This document shows, one piece after another, positions 38,339 to 45,706 of a stretch of DNA of 64,000 bases. The translations under genes were made by a program, and so were the position numbers. Positions within the stretch are counted from its first letter, which is position 1. Each line of letters starts with the position of its first letter. Where the stretch lies: NCBI GenBank assembly GCA_037969565.1, contig JBBKXQ010000015.1, forward strand, positions 40,088 to 104,087, in the 5' to 3' direction. The notes beneath the pieces are model-generated. The model saw only the letters and a list, made by a program, of their open reading frames with translations. It did not search any database and was not told the DNA's origin. The DNA is from Acidimicrobiales bacterium (GTDB taxonomy: Bacteria; Actinomycetota; Acidimicrobiia; Acidimicrobiales; SZUA-35).

Positions 38339-38430
38339 CCGTTCGGGTCAGAGTCGTTCACGTCAGAGTCGTTCGAGTCAGAGTCGTTCGGGTCAGAGTC
38401 GTTCGAGTCAGAATCGTTCGGGTCAGAGCC
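38339..38430. repeat. Intergenic 15-bp tandem repeat, about 6.5 copies (gtcagagtcgttcNN)
   Basis: Fills the whole gap between the convergent VOC and M20 genes. Copies start at 38347, 38362, 38377, 38392, 38407 and 38422. Variation is confined to the last 2 nt and one g-to-a change. The last copy supplies the M20 stop codon. Confidence 0.95.
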
Positions 38431-39805
38431 CTTTGACGACATCGATCCAGAGGCGAGCACAGAGGCCGAGGGATGCCACATCGATTCGTTCGTCGTTGCC
38501 ATGGAACCGGCTACCAAATTCTCCGGCCGTGAGACCGGGGCTGAGCAACCCGGCGCCATAGGCCACGGCGCCCATCTCGCGATAGATCCGTGCGTCGGTG
38601 AAGCCCACCGACATTTGCGGGCTGAGTCGAGCCGTGGGAAACGGACGGTTGACCGCTTTGCCGAGGGCTTCCCACAGCTGAGTGTCGGTACGACTGATCG
38701 TCGATGCGTCATTCATGATGGGCTCGACCTCGACCTTTCCGGCGAGATCGCCGAGCGCGACGTCGAGGTGAGCTTGCACTTCTGCCTCCGATTCGCCCGG
38801 CAGGGTCCGTATGTCGATCTCGAGGACGACTTGGTCGGGAATCACATTGGTTTTCATCCGTCCTCCGTCGATGACGTTCGAAGAGAATGTCGTGTGCGTG
38901 CAGGCATGCATGTAGGCCGCGTTCTCGGCGATCGGCATGGCGGCCAACACCCGATCGATCTCGTTCGGATCGAGCAATGCCAACGTTGTTTCGTCGTCCA
39001 GGCCGAGAGATGTGACGCGATCGCGCCACAACTCGGTGACGGTCGCTGGGGGGCGATAATCATGGAGGCGCTGGATCACACCGGCTGCGGTGATGAGGGC
39101 ATTGTTGCGGCGGTAGGGCATCGAACCATGCCCCGGAATGCCTTTGATCTTCAGCCGACGCCAGGCGACTCCCTTCTCCGCAACGGTGACGCCGATCGAG
39201 GGTGCTTCGGGCGACCCGGCATGGAGTCCGCCGTTCTCCGTGAGCACGAAGTCGGCCCGGATCGAGTCGGCGGCGTGGTCGGCCATCCACCGCATGCCAT
39301 GGGCGCTACCCGACTCCTCATCAGCCACACCGAAGAAGATCAGGTCGCCCTTCGGGCGAACGCCACTACGAACCAGATCCTTGTAGGCAACAGCCATCGA
39401 GGCCGTGAGGTTGAGCATGTCAACCGCGCCCCGACCCCACACCTCGTCGACGCCTTCGTTGTTGCGGACGACTTCGCCGGCAAAGGGATCTCGACTCCAG
39501 CCGCTTTCGTTGACGGGCACCACGTCGGTATGGCCCATCAGACACAAACTGGGAGCACCCGGATCAGTCCCTTCGATTCGCGAAACGATCGAGACACGCC
39601 CAGGCGTGGGCTCGTACCGTTCGAAGTCGACTCCGGAGTTCTCGAGGTAGGCCTGAAGTACATCAGCATTTCGAACTTCTTGACCTGATTCGGCGGTGCC
39701 ATCGTTGACGCACTTGTTCCGGATCATGGCCTGGAGGAGTTCGACGGTCTCGTTGGCGAGATGGTCCGAAGGACTGGTCGTCATGTAGGCCATCCTGCCA
39801 CTCAA
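38423..39805 (-). CDS. M20/M25/M40 family metallopeptidase (dipeptidase/deacylase type)
   Basis: LCLMGHTDVVPV, WGRGAVDMLN, FFGVADEESGS. Confidence 0.85.
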   Translation of the reverse strand: MSGRMAYMTTSPSDHLANETVELLQAMIRNKCVNDGTAESGQEVRNADVLQAYLENSGVDFERYEPTPGRVSIVSRIEGTDPGAPSLCLMGHTDVVPVNESGWSRDPFAGEVVRNNEGVDEVWGRGAVDMLNLTASMAVAYKDLVRSGVRPKGDLIFFGVADEESGSAHGMRWMADHAADSIRADFVLTENGGLHAGSPEAPSIGVTVAEKGVAWRRLKIKGIPGHGSMPYRRNNALITAAGVIQRLHDYRPPATVTELWRDRVTSLGLDDETTLALLDPNEIDRVLAAMPIAENAAYMHACTHTTFSSNVIDGGRMKTNVIPDQVVLEIDIRTLPGESEAEVQAHLDVALGDLAGKVEVEPIMNDASTISRTDTQLWEALGKAVNRPFPTARLSPQMSVGFTDARIYREMGAVAYGAGLLSPGLTAGEFGSRFHGNDERIDVASLGLCARLWIDVVKGL

Positions 39806-39906
39806 TGGGCATTTGGTCCTAAAGGTCCTGGGCCATTCGGCCGTAATACCTCGGACCAGTGATCACACGCCAAATGGTGACCAGCGTCGGAGAGGACCCC
39901 GAAGAA

Positions 39907-40128
39907 ATGACCCGTACAGATTCTGCGTCAAACGTCGGCCAGAGCTCGGCTCACGCCGACAATCCAGGGCTGACATTCGTGACGTGGACGATCGCGATTC
40001 TGATCGCGTTCGTCATCTTGTTCGTTCTGTCCACTTCGCTGACCCTGTCCAACCCACTACTGATCGGACTTCTCGCCGCCATCAGCGCCTTGACGAGAGC
40101 CGGCCTGGCCGTGGTTGTCCATGCCTGA
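39907..40128 (+). CDS. Small hypothetical membrane protein (2 TM)
   Basis: ATG preceded by GGAGAGGA. TM segments TWTIAILIAFVILFVLS and LLIGLLAAISALTRAGLAVVV. Confidence 0.45.
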   Translation: MTRTDSASNVGQSSAHADNPGLTFVTWTIAILIAFVILFVLSTSLTLSNPLLIGLLAAISALTRAGLAVVVHA

Positions 40129-40168
40129 TCGTGGGATCAGCCCCAGCGATCGTGGGATCAGCCCCAGC
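40127..40168. repeat. Perfect 21-bp tandem duplication spanning both convergent stop codons
   Basis: gatcgtgggatcagccccagc x2. Copy 1 begins inside the TGA of the plus-strand gene. Copy 2 contains the TGA and the last 3 codons (CWG*) of the Rpf-like gene. Confidence 0.95.
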
Positions 40169-40904
40169 AATGCAAGCTGGCATTCCAAGGACGAGTTCCC
40201 TCCGTTTGCCAAGTGAGCACAGCAGCTTCATCCTGCTGCGCCGGGGTCGCGAGATCAGCTTGCGCCGCGTCGTACCGATCGGCATGGCCGTAGTACTCCC
40301 AGCTCTTGGTCAGGAATTGATACGCACCTCGTGCCGACGACCAACGGTTTGCGGCCGAGTAGTTGTCAGTGGATTCACAGTGGCGAATCCTCAGCAGCAC
40401 GGGAGGTACATACACGCCGTTGCCGGCATCGACCCAGCCGTCGGGAACATCGGCTGCGGGCGTACCTGCGATGTCTCGACCCGAATTGATTGCCTCCGTC
40501 GGAGGCGGCAGCGTCCCTGTCAACTGCTGGTGCTCGACCGATTCGGAGATGAAGAGCACAGCGGCAACAGCCTCCTGCTGTGACCAATAGGCATAACCGG
40601 CCTCGTCGGGCCGACGGTCGAGTGCGTTGGTGTAGGCATCGACAACGAGATCTCCGGAGCTTCGCATCTCGACTTCAGGGAATTTCAGGAACGTTCTCGT
40701 GAGGTTCTGAAGCGTCTCACCGGCTGTTCGACGTTCGGCCCAGTAGGCAAGCCCCGCTGGTTCGGCTTCTCGGCCGAGAACCGTGAGGTACAGGCGCTCG
40801 ATCTGGTCATCGTGGGCCGGGCTGGCCGAGGCCGGCGAGGCCGGCATGATCAGTGTGAGTAGCGGCACCATCAGTGCAGCCAGAATAAGCATTCGTAGTT
40901 TCAT
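40158..40904 (-). CDS. Secreted DUF4214 plus Rpf-like (transglycosylase-like) protein
   Basis: Signal peptide MKLRMLILAALMVPLLTLIMPASPASA. DUF4214-like segments IERLYLTVLGREAEPAGLAYW and AYTNALDRRPDEAGYAYW. C-terminal IRHCESTDNYSAANRWSSARGAYQFLTKSW resembles the Rpf CES..N...GL.QF...TW core. Confidence 0.7.
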   Translation of the reverse strand: MKLRMLILAALMVPLLTLIMPASPASASPAHDDQIERLYLTVLGREAEPAGLAYWAERRTAGETLQNLTRTFLKFPEVEMRSSGDLVVDAYTNALDRRPDEAGYAYWSQQEAVAAVLFISESVEHQQLTGTLPPPTEAINSGRDIAGTPAADVPDGWVDAGNGVYVPPVLLRIRHCESTDNYSAANRWSSARGAYQFLTKSWEYYGHADRYDAAQADLATPAQQDEAAVLTWQTEGTRPWNASLHCWG

Positions 40905-41298
40905 TCGTCAGTCTCTCGTCGATAGGTGCGCCCGGACGGGCGGCGGCGTGGGCGCAGCAAAGGACACGGAGACGAGGCGGTGACTCAACACCTTCAACCA
41001 GACGACCCCTGCGGCGCAGGAGGGGGAAGGAGTCGAAGCTTCTCTCTGTGCCCAGCGAAGCGCCAGGTCACGTCGAGCTCGGGTTGTAAGCCCCCAAGTG
41101 AGCTTTCGTTACAGGAAGGTTACGGAGACTGATTCAAACCACAACCAAAACACCTCGACATGTGCCTTCTTTCACACCTGGTCTATTTGAATCATGTGGT
41201 AAGCAAACGGCCGCTGGCGGGTCGAGACCGGCCCCACCTAGATTGTCGAGCGACACGGATCGTGCGTCCGAACCAAGCCAACCGATCGACGGAGTGAC
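40905..41298 (-). promoter_or_regulatory. Unusually long (394 nt) lower-GC region upstream of the Rpf-like gene; candidate structured leader (possible ydaO/c-di-AMP-type element, unverified)
   Basis: No credible ORF. The minus strand contains TTGAATCAG, GGGGGCUUACAACCCGAGCUCGACGUGACCUGGCG (plus-strand coordinates 41061-41095) and GCAGGGGUCGUC. It is shared with the divergent promoter of 41299..42012. Confidence 0.25.
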
Positions 41299-42012
41299 AT
41301 GTCCGAAAACGATTCCGACCGTTCCCCGGACGACAGCAACCAGGCGCCCAGTTACGCAGCTTGGAACGGAGACCGGTATCCATGGCCCCCGCCTGATGGC
41401 TGGGAAGTGAAATCCGATGGTCGCTATTGGCCCGCCGATCAAGGTCCCCCCGCTCCAGCACCGTTCGTGCCCCCTCCTCCGCCGCCATCGTTCACACCCC
41501 CTGCGCCGTCTGCGGCCATGCCACCGCCAGGGGCCATGCCACCGCCAGGGGCCATGCCCCCTGCGACGATCGGGCCGCCCAAAGGCAACAACAACAAGAC
41601 CTTCATCGTGCTCGCCGTCGTGCTCGGGCTGATCGTCCTGAGCGTTGCGAGCTGCGTCGCCGTTGTGATCCGTGCCGGCGATCAGTTCGTCGACGCATTC
41701 GAGAGTGTCGCCGACGAGACCCAGGCCGCCGTCGATGCGATCGAGTTCGACATGTGCGGCATCGACGACGGCGACCTCGCCCTCGCCGGAACCATCACCA
41801 ACCCTCGCGACATCGACTCATCCTTCAGATTCACCGTCGCCATCTTCGACGAGAGCGGTACGCGGCTCACGCAGACCGAGATCGTGGTCCCAGATCTGGC
41901 GCCGGGCGAAACTGCGCCGTTCAGCGGTCGGCTCACCGAGACGATCTCGTCAGACCGGTTCGAATGCGAAGTATCGACGATGGTCATCGAGCCATTCAGA
42001 TTCGGCAACTGA
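41299..42012 (+). CDS. Proline-rich single-pass membrane protein with a C-terminal FxLYD-like beta domain
   Basis: PPAPAPFVPPPPPPSFTPPAPSAAMPPPGAMPPPGAMPP, then TM FIVLAVVLGLIVLSVASCVAVVI, then GTITNPRDIDSSFRFTVAIFDESGTRL...PDLAPGETAPFSG. Confidence 0.7.
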   Translation: MSENDSDRSPDDSNQAPSYAAWNGDRYPWPPPDGWEVKSDGRYWPADQGPPAPAPFVPPPPPPSFTPPAPSAAMPPPGAMPPPGAMPPATIGPPKGNNNKTFIVLAVVLGLIVLSVASCVAVVIRAGDQFVDAFESVADETQAAVDAIEFDMCGIDDGDLALAGTITNPRDIDSSFRFTVAIFDESGTRLTQTEIVVPDLAPGETAPFSGRLTETISSDRFECEVSTMVIEPFRFGN

Positions 42013-42106
42013 GAACACTGCTAGAGGGGAAGACCGAGAACCGAAGCACAGTCGCAGGAAGCGAGGCGTCGCCCGGCCCAGTCGGCGCTACCGTTTCGCC
42101 GACTTA

Positions 42107-42180
42107 CCGGGCGTAGCTCAGCTGGACAGAGCGATCGGTTTCTACCCGATTGGCCGGGGGTTCGAATCCCTCCGCCCGGA
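42107..42180 (+). tRNA. tRNA-Arg (anticodon TCT)
   Basis: Hand-folded: acceptor CCGGGCG/CGCCCGG, D-arm GCTC..GAGC, anticodon stem ATCGG/CCGAT with loop TTTCTAC, T-arm GGGGGTTCGAATCCCTC. The 1:72 pair is an unusual C:G. Confidence 0.8.
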
Positions 42181-42300
42181 CGCTGTGATCTCTCGAGCCT
42201 GCGGTGCGTTCCAAACCCCGACGGGCATCATCGACCCATTCTCCGATCAGACGAAACTCTCGTGTAATCGGGTGGCGAGACGCTACGCTGCGACGCTCTT

Positions 42301-42375
42301 GGTGGCCGTAGCTCAACTGGTTAGAGCATCGGGTTGTGATCCCGAAGGCTGGGGGTTCGAGTCCCCTCGGTCACC
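42301..42375 (+). tRNA. tRNA-His (anticodon GTG) with an encoded G-1
   Basis: G-1 pairs with C73. Acceptor GTGGCCG/CGGTCAC, anticodon loop TTGTGAT, T-arm GGGGGTTCGAGTCCCCT. Confidence 0.9.
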
Positions 42376-42509
42376 CAAATGAATCTCGTTCGTTCGTCGC
42401 AAACAGCCGGCGAACGCTCGAGGATCACACCGTGGGCCCGGCGGGGCCACGGGAACTCCGGCGGAAGTGGATGCCTCACATTCGAGATAACATCCGCCGA
42501 GCAATACAT

Positions 42510-42585
<76 letters not shown>

Positions 42586-42642
42586 ACCAGCAGCCACGAA
42601 GCGGGCCTTTCGTCGGTCCGGTACCGGGGTTACGATCTCTCG

Positions 42643-43077
42643 ATGACCGAACAACGCGATGCATTGGCCGCCGCTCGCGAACGTCGGGTCGGACTCAAAT
42701 CCGCCCTGTCGGCCCTCGAAACTGCGGCCGCATCAGCCTCTTCGGCAATCCCCTGGCGTCCGGGTCTCGCCACGGCTCTCGCCGATCTGGGTGCCGCATT
42801 CGCGTCTCATGTCAATGAGGTAGAGGGTCCCGACGGCCTCCTGGTTGAACTGAAGACCGTCGCACCACGTCTCTCCAACGAGATCGAAGAGGTCGAAGCC
42901 GAGCACGCCGTGATTCGCTCGTTGTTGGACGGGGCCATCAAGCAGGTCACCGAGAACAACGATCCGTCGATGGTGCGAGCCGCCGTGGTCGAGGTCGCCT
43001 TCGCCATCGTGCGGCACCGTCAACGCGGTGCCGATCTCGTCTACGAGGGTTACAAAATCGACATCGGCGGGGGCTGA
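42643..43077 (+). CDS. Hypothetical alpha-helical protein
   Basis: 144 aa with coding-like composition. I recognise no motif. Confidence 0.55.
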   Translation: MTEQRDALAAARERRVGLKSALSALETAAASASSAIPWRPGLATALADLGAAFASHVNEVEGPDGLLVELKTVAPRLSNEIEEVEAEHAVIRSLLDGAIKQVTENNDPSMVRAAVVEVAFAIVRHRQRGADLVYEGYKIDIGGG

Positions 43078-43104
43078 TACTCGTCGCAGCAGGTCAGCCT
43101 TCGC

Positions 43105-44073
43105 TCAATCGCGACCAACACTGACCTGACTCGAAGGATCACGATTCTGGTCCTCGAGAACTCTGATCGCCTCGGCAACGACCGCCTCGTGTTCACCTTC
43201 GGCCGGCACCTCGAAGTTCATCGACCGGGCGAGTTCAGCCACGAGCGGTTCGGTACCAACCAGAATCTCGGACAGTCGGAGAAGATCGAGTCCGAGAACG
43301 GTCCGAGCGTATGCGAGCAGGTCGCCGAGGGCGGAAGCTGCATCGCCGTCACACAACACTCGCTCGGCCAACAAGCCCAGCCGCAAGGCCGATACGAGAC
43401 CGGCGCTCGCACTGCGCGGCTTCCAACTGATCCGAGTTTCCGAACGGAGCATGATCGCTTCGAAGAGAACGTCAGGCATGGACCACGACGACAACAGGTC
43501 GCCGGTGACGTCATCGATGATGTAACCGAGCAACTGATTCTCCTGGTGGGGGTGGGGCCAACCCTGTCCCAACCGACGCAGTTGCTGATGGACCTCGGGC
43601 GCCTTTCGAGCCATGACGAGGTGGCCCAGCGCGCCGAGCAGTCCACCGAGGAACGCTTCTTCGGCGATGTCGGGGTCCAACTCCTCGGCAAAGGCTTGCG
43701 ACAGGGTTGCATTCAAGATCGTGCGGCGACGGATCTCGGTGGCGGCCGCCGACTCAGCGGCCGGAACGATGTCACGCATAGCCGTTCTCATGACAAGCGA
43801 ACGGAACGGTTTCAGCCCAAGCATGCTGATGGCCAACTCGAGGCGAATCACCCTCGATGCGGGACTGAAGGCAACCGAGTTCACGGTTCGTAGCACCCGG
43901 CCCGCCAGGGCGGCATCGAGTGCAACCGAGGACGCAAGATCTGAAACTGAAACATTCTCGTCACCCAACAGCTTGACGATCTGCATGACGATCGCAGGCG
44001 GTGTGGGTAACGACCCGACATCGAGCAGTAACTCATCCCGTTTCGGCAGCAGGGACGGAAGCGAGTCGTTCAT
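43105..44073 (-). CDS. HDOD domain-containing signalling protein
   Basis: LPTPPAIVMQIVKLLGDENVSVSDLASSVALDAALAGRVLRTVNSVAFS...AISMLGLKPFRSLV. ATG 44073 has a GAGG RBS. The alternative start is GTG 44142. Confidence 0.75.
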   Translation of the reverse strand: MNDSLPSLLPKRDELLLDVGSLPTPPAIVMQIVKLLGDENVSVSDLASSVALDAALAGRVLRTVNSVAFSPASRVIRLELAISMLGLKPFRSLVMRTAMRDIVPAAESAAATEIRRRTILNATLSQAFAEELDPDIAEEAFLGGLLGALGHLVMARKAPEVHQQLRRLGQGWPHPHQENQLLGYIIDDVTGDLLSSWSMPDVLFEAIMLRSETRISWKPRSASAGLVSALRLGLLAERVLCDGDAASALGDLLAYARTVLGLDLLRLSEILVGTEPLVAELARSMNFEVPAEGEHEAVVAEAIRVLEDQNRDPSSQVSVGRD

Positions 44074-44212
44074 GAGCAAAGACCTCGAGCGATTGACGGA
44101 AACCAGCAAACCACGTGACTCGAGAAGGTTCGGTCCCGACACCGCTGGTATGAGCCTGCCAACCTCGCCACGGCGAGGAACACGGCATCAAAGACACGGA
44201 GGGGTCAGCGCT

Positions 44213-44252
44213 GGTGACAATCAATTGGTGACAATCAATTGGTGACAATCAC
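44213..44252. repeat. 14-bp direct repeat x3 (ggtgacaatcaatt) in the HDOD gene upstream region
   Basis: Two perfect copies plus a 12-nt third copy. Each junction creates the palindrome CAATTG. Confidence 0.9.
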
Positions 44253-44297
44253 ACGGTCGGAATCGTCGTGCGACGACAGGCTTTGACAATGAAAAAC

Positions 44298-44335
44298 GTG
44301 CCCCACCCCTTCGGGCGACGGGAGGGGTGGGGCAC
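44298..44335 (-). terminator. Intrinsic terminator of the csbD/SRPBCC operon
   Basis: gtgccccacccct / aggggtggggcac, a 13-bp stem. On the minus strand it is followed by GTTTTTC. A second 10-bp hairpin lies at 44346-44377. Confidence 0.7.
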
Positions 44336-44399
44336 GAAACCTTCAGGTTCGACGGCTGCCGAAGCGACCGTCGAACCCGATCCGCATGGGACCTCAGAA

Positions 44400-44861
44400 C
44401 TACTTGATGGTTCCCCGCCAAGCGCCCGAGGCCGCATCTTGGTCTTCGATGAACGCCTTGAAGCTGTCCATGTCACCCTTGATACGGGCCGATACGAAGC
44501 CGAGCTTGTCAGCCACATTCTCGAGTAGACCGTCCGGGTCGTAGTCCATCTGCAGCGTGACCCGCGTGATGTCCTCGTCGATTTTGTGGAACGTCACCAC
44601 ACCGGCGTGCTGTGGTCCGGCGTTCGTCGTCCACGCGATCCTGTGGTCCGGAGTTTGCTCAGTGATCGTGGTGTCGAATTCTCGCTCGACTCCGGCGATG
44701 TTCACCTTCCAATGAAGGCGCTCGTCGGTGAGCTGGGTGACCGATTCCACGCCACTCATGAAGCGAGGGAACTCCTCGAACTGCGTCCATTGGTTGTACG
44801 CCACGCGCACCGGGGCCGAGACCTCGACGGTGTGTTGGTGGTCGGTGGGCCCTGAACTCAC
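44400..44861 (-). CDS. SRPBCC (polyketide cyclase/dehydrase-like) family protein
   Basis: VEVSAPVRVAYNQWTQFEEFPRFMSGVESV...HWKVNIAGVEREFDTTITEQ. Confidence 0.8.
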   Translation of the reverse strand: MSSGPTDHQHTVEVSAPVRVAYNQWTQFEEFPRFMSGVESVTQLTDERLHWKVNIAGVEREFDTTITEQTPDHRIAWTTNAGPQHAGVVTFHKIDEDITRVTLQMDYDPDGLLENVADKLGFVSARIKGDMDSFKAFIEDQDAASGAWRGTIK

Positions 44862-45043
44862 TTCAGCTTGTCCTTGGCGCTGTCGATGGCGTCGTTCACG
44901 CTGTCGGCCGCGTCATCGACGATGTCCTTTGCCTTGCCGGCGTTCTCCTGCCGGTCTCCTTCGTTCTTGAGGTCCTTGTCATCGGTGAGATCTCCAGCGG
45001 CCTGCTTCACTCGACCGGCGATCTTGTCCTTTTCACCACTCAT
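44858..45043 (-). CDS. CsbD-family general stress protein
   Basis: Internal ATG of the track ORF. MSGEKDKIAGRVKQAAGDLTDDKDLKNEGDRQENAGKAKD. 4-nt overlap with the SRPBCC gene. Confidence 0.85.
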   Translation of the reverse strand: MSGEKDKIAGRVKQAAGDLTDDKDLKNEGDRQENAGKAKDIVDDAADSVNDAIDSAKDKLK

Positions 45044-45211
45044 GGGACACCTCTTTCGATAGTGGGGGTTTCGGTATTTGGGAAGTCGCTGCCAGATCGG
45101 CAACAAATTCGTTCCGCCGCCGTACCCATCTCGATCTTGCTCAAACCCCGCTTTCGCTCTCTCTTTCCCTATCGTTCAGTGACCGATGTCTCTCTGCCCT
45201 ACCCCGAACGC

Positions 45212-45706
45212 ATGAACTCCAAGAAGACACCTGCTTCACGACCCCCAGAAACGGTCGTCGGCTGGCGCGAGTGGGTCCAGCTTCCATCGTTGGGTGTCGA
45301 GTGGGTGAAGGCCAAGGTCGACACCGGCGCTCGGACCTCGTCGTTGCACGCCTTCGGACTCGAAGAGTTTTCGCTCGACGGTGTGCCATGGGTCCGGTTC
45401 GCCGTTCATCCCTGGCAGCGATCGAAGGAAGACTCGATCATCGCTGAGGCGCCGCTTTTCGAGCGACGGTCGATTCGGAGTTCGAACGGCCGGTCCGAAC
45501 TACGACCCGTCATCCAAACGATGCTGCGTATCGGCCAACACGAATCACTCGTCGACCTCACCCTCACCAGACGCGACGACATGGGCTTTCGAATGCTGCT
45601 CGGACGGGAAGCGATTCGAGGTCGGTTCCTGGTCGATTCCGGGCGGTCCTATATCGCAGGCCGGCCGGCGAAGTCCATCCGAGTAGCGAACCAGAAACGA
45701 AGCTGA
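45212..45706 (+). CDS. RimB-like retropepsin-fold protease ('ATP-dependent zinc protease' family, PF05618-like)
   Basis: VGWREWVQLPSLGVEWVKAKVDTGARTSSLHA, where DTGA is the aspartic-protease signature, and MLLGREAI. Confidence 0.75.
   Translation: MNSKKTPASRPPETVVGWREWVQLPSLGVEWVKAKVDTGARTSSLHAFGLEEFSLDGVPWVRFAVHPWQRSKEDSIIAEAPLFERRSIRSSNGRSELRPVIQTMLRIGQHESLVDLTLTRRDDMGFRMLLGREAIRGRFLVDSGRSYIAGRPAKSIRVANQKRS

Noticed and set aside
38339-38430. Possible CRISPR array.
   Set aside because: The units are contiguous 15-mers with no spacers, and there are no cas genes in the window.
38179-38712. Minus-strand ORF whose translation reads SDPNDSDSNDSDPNDSDSNDSDVNDSD across the 15-bp tandem repeat, suggesting a repeat-containing protein.
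   Set aside because: It overlaps the well-supported 3' end of the M20 peptidase gene in another frame and has no RBS or start context. The repeat is better explained as intergenic.
42586-44142. Genomic island integrated at the tRNA-Lys / tRNA cluster.
   Set aside because: There is no integrase, recombinase or phage gene. I found no repeat of a tRNA 3' end, and there is no marked compositional shift immediately downstream.
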